IMG/VR virus record: IMGVR_UViG_3300009100_000009
Source: a virus
Direction: 5' to 3' (one strand)
Length of the DNA: 37,179 nucleotides
A program made the position numbers and the translations under genes. Below, piece by piece: positions 30,970 through 37,179 of the stretch. The stretch's first letter is position 1, and every line of letters starts with the position of its first letter. Below the pieces are notes generated by a model. That model worked only from the letters and a program-made list of their open reading frames with translations. It was not told the DNA's origin and made no database searches.

Positions 30970-31401
30970 ATGCCAGGGTTAGACGCGTTCGGGACGCTGT
31001 TCAAGCGTGGCGACGGCGCCACGGTCGAAGCGTTCACGACCATCGCCAACGTGACCAACATCGGGGGTCCCGCCCGCAAGCGCGAGACCATCGACGTCAC
31101 CGCGCACAACTCGCCGGACGGCTGGATGGAGTTCGTGGGCGGTATCAAGGACGGTGGTGAGATCTCGCTGGAGATCAACTACGATCCGACCGAGGCCACC
31201 CACGACCTGGACGACGATTTCGACGACGTCGAGCCGCGCAACTACCAGATCGTCATCCTGCCGGACACGGCGGACGAGCACACCTGGGACTTCGCCGGCA
31301 TCCTCACCGAGCTGGGTGATGAGTTCCCCTACGACGATAAAATGGCGAGATCGATGACCATCAAAGTGACCGGCAAGCCGGTCCTCACCGCGACAAGCTA
31401 A
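30970..31401 (+). CDS. Major tail (tube) protein
   Basis: 143 aa, RBS ggaggag. FTTIANVTNIGGPARKRETIDVTAHNSPDGWMEFVGGIKDGGEISLEINYD is typical of the Phage_tail_2 family. Confidence 0.8.
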   Translation: MPGLDAFGTLFKRGDGATVEAFTTIANVTNIGGPARKRETIDVTAHNSPDGWMEFVGGIKDGGEISLEINYDPTEATHDLDDDFDDVEPRNYQIVILPDTADEHTWDFAGILTELGDEFPYDDKMARSMTIKVTGKPVLTATS

Positions 31402-31413
31402 GGACATCCCCCC

Positions 31414-31809
31414 ATGGCCCTACTGAGCCGCGATGCCATTCTGGACGCTGACGACCGGGAATACGATGAGGTCGAGTGCCCGGAGTGGGGCGGCAGTGTC
31501 CGACTCCGCTCGATCACAGGCGCCCAGCGCGACGCGTACGAGCAGTCGCTGATCGAGCAGCGTGGTAACAACCGACAGATGAACCTGCGCAACGCACGCG
31601 CCAAGCTGATCGTGCTGTGCGCGATCGACGAAGCCGGCGCGCGCCTGTTCGCCGAGGACGACATCCGCGCGCTCTCGCGCAAGAATGCCAAACCGGTAGA
31701 CCGGCTGTTCGACGCGTGCCGCAAGCTGGCTCGACTGTCCGATGAGGACATCGACGAGCTGACCGAGGATTTCGACGCAACCCAGGGCGACGACTCTACT
31801 TCCGACTAG
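31414..31809 (+). CDS. Tail assembly chaperone (G-type)
   Basis: Position between the tube and tape-measure genes. Acidic C-terminus. Confidence 0.75.
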   Translation: MALLSRDAILDADDREYDEVECPEWGGSVRLRSITGAQRDAYEQSLIEQRGNNRQMNLRNARAKLIVLCAIDEAGARLFAEDDIRALSRKNAKPVDRLFDACRKLARLSDEDIDELTEDFDATQGDDSTSD

Positions 31810-32138
31810 CCCAAGCCCTGGGCTGCACCGTGGGCGAACTGCTCGCGCGGATCGACTCGCGCGAGCTGGCCGAGTGGGTCGCGTACGAGCGGGTCGCCGG
31901 TCCGGTCGGACCAGAGCGGGCCGATGTGCTCTCCGCTATCGTCGCGTCCACTGTGGCAAACGCGATGCGCGGCAAGCGTGGTAAGGCATTCAAGCTCTCC
32001 GACTTCACAGTCAGGTGGGATGACCCTGCCCGGTGGCAACAGGCTGAGCAGAGCGGACAGGATCACCTGCGCCTGGCGCAGTCGATAACCCGGATGATGA
32101 GCGGAAGGGGCACGGCGCGACGTGAGCACGCTAGCTGA
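31746..32138 (+). CDS. Tail assembly chaperone -1 frame extension (T-type; expressed by frameshift or from GTG 31830)
   Basis: The -1 frame is open from 31746, overlapping the last 64 nt of the G gene, and runs to the TMP start. Confidence 0.55.
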   Translation, partial: GHRRADRGFRRNPGRRLYFRLAQALGCTVGELLARIDSRELAEWVAYERVAGPVGPERADVLSAIVASTVANAMRGKRGKAFKLSDFTVRWDDPARWQQAEQSGQDHLRLAQSITRMMSGRGTARREHAS

Positions 32139-34095
32139 TCTGCTCGTCAAGGTGGGCATCGACGACACGGGCGCCGAAAAGGGCGGGCGCTCGATCTCGG
32201 CGAAGCTGGAGAAGACCTGGGACGGTGTCAAGAAGACCGCCGCGGTAGCCGGCGCCGCGGTCGGCCTGGCCCTGGTCACCGGCATCATGGGCGGACTGGA
32301 CGCTGAGGCGGCCGGGGACAGGCTGGCCGCCTCACTCGATGCCACGGCCGCCGAGGCGGGTCGCTGGGGCAAGGTCGCCGGAGACCTGTATGCCGGCGCG
32401 TGGGGTGAGTCCATAGACCAGGTTAACGGCGCGCTCGGGTCGGTCGTCACCAGCATCGAGGGCATGCGTGGCGCCAGCGACGAGGTTCTGACCGCCACAA
32501 CCGCCAAGGTGCTCGACATGGCTACCGCTTTCGAGATCGACGTGGCGCGGGCCGCGCAGGTCGCCGGACAGAGCGTCAAGTCGGGACTGGCGAAGGATGC
32601 CGGGCAGGCGCTCGACCTGTTGACCGCGTCGCTCCAGCGGGTACCCGCCGCGGTGCGCGACGACCTACTCGACGCGCTCGACGAGTATGGCCCGTTCCTG
32701 ACCTCCATCGGGGTTACCGGTGAGCGCGCCTTCGGGCTGCTGGTCAAGGGCGCCGAAAAGGGCATGTACGGGATCGACAAGACCGGTGACGCGCTCAAAG
32801 AGTTCACGATCCGCGCCACCGACATGTCTACCGCGAGCAAGGTCGGATTCGACATCCTCGGCATGTCCCAGGAGAAGATGGCCGGCAGGTTGCTCAAGGG
32901 TGGCGCTGACGGAGCGAAGGCGTTCGATCAGATCGTCAAGGGCTTACTGTCCATAAAGGACCCGGTGAAGCAGAGCCAGGCCGCCCTCGCGCTGTTCGGC
33001 ACGCCGCTGGAAGACCTGTCCGTGGCGGAGATCCCGAAGTTCCTCGGTGGACTGCGGACCGCCGAGGGTGGGCTGGGCGAGGTGGCCGGCGCCGCTGACC
33101 GGATGAGCGCCACCCTCAACGACAACGCCAAGGTGTCGCTGGAGTCGTTCAAGCGCTCAGTTCAGCAGAATCTCGTCAACGCGCTGGAGCGCGCGATACC
33201 CGCCATGCAGGCCACCTTCGGCTGGCTGTCGCGCAACAGCGGATGGGTGGTGCCGCTGGTCGCCGCGCTCGGCACGTTCGCCGCGATCGTGTACGTGATC
33301 ATCACCGCGATGAAGATCTGGACCGCAGTGCAGACGGCGTGGGGCATCGTGATGGGCATCAGCCTGGCGCCCATCTACCTCATCATCATCGCGATAGCCG
33401 CGGTGATCGCCATCATTGTGCTGATCGCCACCAAGACGACGTGGTTCCAACAGCTCTGGGGCGCCGCCTGGGGCAGCGTCAAGGCCGCGGCCGGCGCGGT
33501 CGCGGCATGGTTCTCGGGTCCGTTCGTGAACTTTTTCAAGCGCACGTGGAAGATCCTCTCCGACCTGGTGACCGGGTACTACCGGTGGGTCTTCACCACG
33601 CTGGGCAAGGTCGTGTCCTTTGTGGCCAGTCTGCCCGGCAAGATTGCCAGTGCGGGCCGGGGGCTGTTCGACGGGCTCGTCGCGGCCGGCAAGGGCGGCA
33701 TCAATAAGCTGATTTCGCTGTGGAACCGGCTCGACTTCGGCATCAACATCAGCATCCCGTCGTGGGTGCCGGGCGTGGGCGGCAAGGGCTTCCACGTGCC
33801 CGACCTGTTCCCCGACATCCCGCTGCTCGCCAAGGGCGGCATGGTGCGCGCCACGCCCGGCGGCACCCTCGCCGCGCTCGGCGAGGGTCGCCACGACGAG
33901 GCGGTGATACCGCTGCCGCGCGGCGTGCGCGACCTGGCCAACCGGGACGACGACCGCCCGCCCATCGTGGTGACGGCCGGGCGCGGCGGGACCTCCGCGG
34001 ACCGGGCACTGGCCGCGCTGGCGCTGCACGCGATCAACGTCGGTGCGTTGCAGTTGACCGTCCAGAATGGACGCGTGGTGGCGCGCAATGGCTAG
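32122..34095 (+). CDS. Tape measure protein
   Basis: 657 aa. Helical N-terminal half, central hydrophobic block (VVPLVAALGTFAAIVYVIITAMKIW...IIIAIAAVIAIIVLI), and canonical position. Confidence 0.9.
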   Translation: MSTLADLLVKVGIDDTGAEKGGRSISAKLEKTWDGVKKTAAVAGAAVGLALVTGIMGGLDAEAAGDRLAASLDATAAEAGRWGKVAGDLYAGAWGESIDQVNGALGSVVTSIEGMRGASDEVLTATTAKVLDMATAFEIDVARAAQVAGQSVKSGLAKDAGQALDLLTASLQRVPAAVRDDLLDALDEYGPFLTSIGVTGERAFGLLVKGAEKGMYGIDKTGDALKEFTIRATDMSTASKVGFDILGMSQEKMAGRLLKGGADGAKAFDQIVKGLLSIKDPVKQSQAALALFGTPLEDLSVAEIPKFLGGLRTAEGGLGEVAGAADRMSATLNDNAKVSLESFKRSVQQNLVNALERAIPAMQATFGWLSRNSGWVVPLVAALGTFAAIVYVIITAMKIWTAVQTAWGIVMGISLAPIYLIIIAIAAVIAIIVLIATKTTWFQQLWGAAWGSVKAAAGAVAAWFSGPFVNFFKRTWKILSDLVTGYYRWVFTTLGKVVSFVASLPGKIASAGRGLFDGLVAAGKGGINKLISLWNRLDFGINISIPSWVPGVGGKGFHVPDLFPDIPLLAKGGMVRATPGGTLAALGEGRHDEAVIPLPRGVRDLANRDDDRPPIVVTAGRGGTSADRALAALALHAINVGALQLTVQNGRVVARNG

Positions 34096-36841
34096 GCAGG
34101 ACACGACAGTTGAGTTGTTCTACGGCGGGACGTGGCACGAGCACTCCCTGAACGCGGAGGAGTACGCCCGCGCGGACGACATTGTGCTCACCCGGGGGCG
34201 GGGTGACCTACAGGCTGAGCCTCCACCGTCGCTGGCCGACTTAACGTTCGATGACCGCACCGGTTGGGCGGACCCGAGCAGCCCGTTATCACCGCTGTAC
34301 GGGGTGACCGGGCGCAATACGCCGATACGACTGTCTCTGCCCGACGATGCCAACGGGTTCGACGACCAGTTCGCGGGCTCCAGCACGGACACCTGGGATC
34401 GCGCCGGTCACGACTACCAGCACGTGATCGGGGGTAGTGGCAGCATCGCTGACTTCGACGTGGCCGCCGGAGTGGGCACCCAGGTGGTGGGTGGCGCCAA
34501 CACGTATCGGATGGCGGTACGCGAGAGCGCCATGCCCGCTGACGGAGAGGTGCTGGTCGGCCCGATCGAGCTGCCCGTCGCCAACGTCACGGGTGGATCG
34601 CTGGAGATCGACGTCGCGGTGCGCATGCGCACCCTCCTGGATTACTACACGTTCCGTGTCGAGTATGGCACCTTCGAGGATTTGATCACGGTCATCTATT
34701 CACCAGGTGACGATGTGCTCGACATCGCCGCGCCGTACGCTTCGGCGGACTGGACGCCCGGCGAGGACATCATGATCCGCGCCCAGTGGGAGGGCGCCAG
34801 CTTGCGCATGCGCGTCTGGCCCGCCTCGGTCGCCGAACCGTCCGTGTGGCACGTCGAGGCGACCGACAGCACGTACCTGGGCAGGGGCAGGGTCGGCCTG
34901 CGGTGCGGCGCCGCAGCGGGCAACACCAATGTGCCGGTGACGTTCGGGTTCGGTGCGTGGACGGTGACGGCGCTCGACTTCCGTTTCTGCAATCGGGTGT
35001 CGAGCTGGCGCCCCGGTCGCTCCATCAAGGGCGACCGGTGGACCGACGTGACAGCCAGCGGACCGCTGCAACGCCTACGGGAAGGCGCTCGGCCGCTCAA
35101 GAGCCCGGTGCTCCGCGAGGCTACCGATCCGGCCGAGCTGGCCGCGATGGTGGGCTACTGGCCGTGTGAGGACGGCAGCACGGCTACCCAGCTCGCGTCC
35201 GGGCTGACCGATGGTTCGCCGATGCGGATCGTGGGCGACCTCAACCTGGCCGCATCCTCTGACGTGTTCACGGGCTCTCGGCCCCTGCCCGAGCTGGGGG
35301 CGACCGGCATCGGTCCGGGGCGCTGCAACGCCTACACGGGTACCGGGGAGATTGCCTTCCGGGGGCTGTTCTCGTTCCCCGACGCGGGGTTGACCAACGG
35401 CACGATCCTCATGGAGCAGTGGCAGGCCGGCTCTGCGGTGGTGGCGCGCTGGCGCCTGGTGTACGGCACCGCCTCGGGCGGCACGCTCCAGCTCGTCCCC
35501 ATCGGGCCGGCCGGAACAGCCGTCGAGTCACCTACCGCGGTTGCGTACGGGCTCAACGGTGCGCGGTTCATGCTCGGTTGGAACGTGTTCGACAACGCGG
35601 GTACCGCGCACTGGGCGACGTTCGGGCGTCGCATCCTCGACGACGGGTCGGTCTCCGAGGGTGGCTTCGACGACGATTTCACCACGGTGACGCCGGCAGA
35701 CATCGGCGTGGCCGGAGACCTGTACGTGGCGCAGAACCGCGACATGGCCGGCTGTGTGGTGGGGCATTTCATGGTCGGGTCCAGCGTGGCTCTGGTGTCC
35801 TCGCTGGAGGACGCGATCGTCGGCTACCAGGGTGAGACCGCCGCGGCGCGTTTCCTGCGGCTGTGTCGCCAGGAGGGCGTCCTGGGCGCCCTGGTGGGTG
35901 AGGTGACCGACACAGAGCCGATGGGGCCGCAACCCATCGGCACCTTCCCCGACCTGATCGCGGAATGTGAGCGCACGGACGGCGGGATCCTGTGCGAGGC
36001 GCGCAACGAATACGCCCTGGTGTTGCGGACCCGGGTATCCCTGTACAACCAGGACCCCGTGCTGGCGCTCGACTTCGCGGCAGGGCAGATCACGGACATC
36101 TCGCCGGACCTGGACTTTGCGCTCGTGCGCAACGATGTCACGGTGAAGCGCTCCGACGGGTCCTCTGCCAGGGCAGTGCAAGAGGCCGGGCCGCTTAACG
36201 TCAACGAGCCGGAGGATGACCCGCAGGGCGCCGGCCGATGGGAGACCGAGGTCGACGTCAACACCGAGACGGACGACGTACTTCCTGCACACGCGAGCTG
36301 GCGTCGACACCTCGGCACCATCGACGCGACCCGTTACCCCTTCATCAAGGTCAACGTCGACAAGGTTCCGACCGACGTGACCCGGGTCGACATCGGTGAT
36401 CTGATCACCATCGACAACCTGGGGCCAGACACGATCAGGCTGCTCGTGCTCGGATTCACGCCGGAGACGATCCGCCCGTACGAGCGGCTCATCACGTTCA
36501 GCTGCATACCGGCGGACGGCTACTTCGTGGCCACCACGGACGCCCGTGCCGCTACCGACGGGTCCGAGCTGGCCGCGGGTGTCGATGGTGATGATACGAG
36601 CCTGTCCGTGTCTCCCACGGCGCCCTACACGGACCTATGGGTGACCGGCAACTTCGTTACCAACCCAACCGATTTCCCGATGGACGTGGTGGTCGGGGGC
36701 GAGCGGATGACCGTGACCGAGATCTCCGGATCGAGCGCGCCGCAGACGTTCACGGTGACGCGCTCGATCAACGGCGTTGTCAAGTCCCATGCCGCGGGCG
36801 CGCCGGTCCAGGTGGTCGACCGCGGCTACGCGCCGCTGTAG
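34088..36841 (+). CDS. Minor tail protein with a distal-tail (Dit/Sipho_tail-like) N-terminus and a long C-terminal extension
   Basis: ATG 34088 overlaps the TMP end. VELFYGGTWHE...VLTRGRGD...LADLTFDDRTGWADPSSPLSPLYGVTGRNTPIRL resembles the Sipho_tail N-terminal domain. Confidence 0.6.
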   Translation: MARQDTTVELFYGGTWHEHSLNAEEYARADDIVLTRGRGDLQAEPPPSLADLTFDDRTGWADPSSPLSPLYGVTGRNTPIRLSLPDDANGFDDQFAGSSTDTWDRAGHDYQHVIGGSGSIADFDVAAGVGTQVVGGANTYRMAVRESAMPADGEVLVGPIELPVANVTGGSLEIDVAVRMRTLLDYYTFRVEYGTFEDLITVIYSPGDDVLDIAAPYASADWTPGEDIMIRAQWEGASLRMRVWPASVAEPSVWHVEATDSTYLGRGRVGLRCGAAAGNTNVPVTFGFGAWTVTALDFRFCNRVSSWRPGRSIKGDRWTDVTASGPLQRLREGARPLKSPVLREATDPAELAAMVGYWPCEDGSTATQLASGLTDGSPMRIVGDLNLAASSDVFTGSRPLPELGATGIGPGRCNAYTGTGEIAFRGLFSFPDAGLTNGTILMEQWQAGSAVVARWRLVYGTASGGTLQLVPIGPAGTAVESPTAVAYGLNGARFMLGWNVFDNAGTAHWATFGRRILDDGSVSEGGFDDDFTTVTPADIGVAGDLYVAQNRDMAGCVVGHFMVGSSVALVSSLEDAIVGYQGETAAARFLRLCRQEGVLGALVGEVTDTEPMGPQPIGTFPDLIAECERTDGGILCEARNEYALVLRTRVSLYNQDPVLALDFAAGQITDISPDLDFALVRNDVTVKRSDGSSARAVQEAGPLNVNEPEDDPQGAGRWETEVDVNTETDDVLPAHASWRRHLGTIDATRYPFIKVNVDKVPTDVTRVDIGDLITIDNLGPDTIRLLVLGFTPETIRPYERLITFSCIPADGYFVATTDARAATDGSELAAGVDGDDTSLSVSPTAPYTDLWVTGNFVTNPTDFPMDVVVGGERMTVTEISGSSAPQTFTVTRSINGVVKSHAAGAPVQVVDRGYAPL

Positions 36842-36865
36842 GAGTAAAGGGAAGGCAGGATCCTC

Positions 36866-37179
36866 ATGTCGCTGGCCATTCTCCCGGGGATGCTGCTCAC
36901 GCCGACCAGGCTCAACCGGCTCGTACCCATCACGGTGGCCAAGTCGGGCGACACGTCGCGGACGAGCACGATCGCGCGGACCGCGGACCCTGACCTCGTG
37001 CTGGCGCTACTGCCGTTCTACACGTACGACGTTGACGGGATGCTATTCGTCACCAGCGCCGCGAATGCGGCCGGGGACTTCTCGTACGAGTTGCAGTATC
37101 CGGCTAACGCCACGTGCACCCCGGGCGGACTCGGGCTGCACAACGCGCTGCCGTCGGGCTCCAGCGCGGACCTCGAAGC
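36866..37179 (+). CDS. Minor tail protein, N-terminal part (continues at nt 124 of the window after circular closure)
   Basis: RBS gggaagg then ATG 36866. The ORF runs off the window end in the same frame as 2..340. Confidence 0.6.
   Translation, partial: MSLAILPGMLLTPTRLNRLVPITVAKSGDTSRTSTIARTADPDLVLALLPFYTYDVDGMLFVTSAANAAGDFSYELQYPANATCTPGGLGLHNALPSGSSADLE
37057..37179. repeat. Second copy of the 123-nt terminal overlap
   Basis: Identical to nt 1-123. Confidence 0.9.

Noticed and set aside
1-37179. Search for an integrase/attP, tRNA genes, CRISPR arrays, a reverse transcriptase (DGR or retron) and a capsid maturation protease
   Set aside because: No ORF shows tyrosine or serine recombinase catalytic motifs; only the short degenerate fragment at 5597..5782 comes close. 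I could not spot a tRNA-like cloverleaf or a GTTCGAATC-type T-arm by eye. There is no repeat-spacer array, no YxDD reverse-transcriptase motif, and no protease gene between the portal and scaffold genes. Absence by eye is not proof; tRNAscan-SE and profile searches should confirm it.

Overview
The window is a complete, circularly closed phage genome. Nt 1-123 are identical to nt 37057-37179, giving a unique length of 37,056 bp. It is a high-GC, siphovirus-type actinobacteriophage.

Gene order in window coordinates:
- Tail-tip gene wrapping the junction (36866 -> 340).
- Lysis cassette (368-2199): Amidase_2 endolysin, r1t-type holin and two small membrane proteins.
- Convergent terminators.
- A leftward operon of five small unknown genes (2355-4214), including a DUF2637-like membrane protein.
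- A 640-bp motif-dense divergent control region (4215-4851).
- Rightward regulators: small HTH, GntR and XRE.
- A tightly coupled early/replication module (6226-16555): SF1B helicase, MazG-like candidate, Cas4/RecB-like nuclease, prim-pol/SF3 helicase and RuvC-like resolvase.
- One reverse-oriented membrane gene.
- An orphan tail-fibre-like gene.
- HNH endonuclease and a predicted cos region.
- The late operon: Acb2-like candidate, TerS, TerL, portal, split MuF, scaffold, major capsid, connectors, major tail, G/T chaperones, tape measure and Dit-like 917-aa tail protein.

I found no integrase, partition genes, capsid protease, tRNA or CRISPR array.

Items most worth follow-up:
1. A MuF head protein interrupted by an in-frame TAG. 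Its C-terminal half carries an R-S-E ADP-ribosyltransferase domain, and a tiny acidic ORF follows it.
2. A 3.7-kb insertion inside the head-tail joining block. It carries three glycosyltransferases (one fused to a CmcI-type methyltransferase), an Lsr2-type DNA-binding-domain protein and small zinc-ribbon ORFs. Capsid and tail-tube proteins share a T-A-x-S C-terminus.
3. Iteron-like inverted repeats with a 31-nt alternating purine/pyrimidine tract at the 3' end of the primase gene.
4. Several repeat families in the leftward and control regions.
5. A zinc-ribbon gene that needs a +1 frame change at an A-AAA-AGG site.

All functional calls come from motifs read by eye and from memory of protein families. 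No searches were run.
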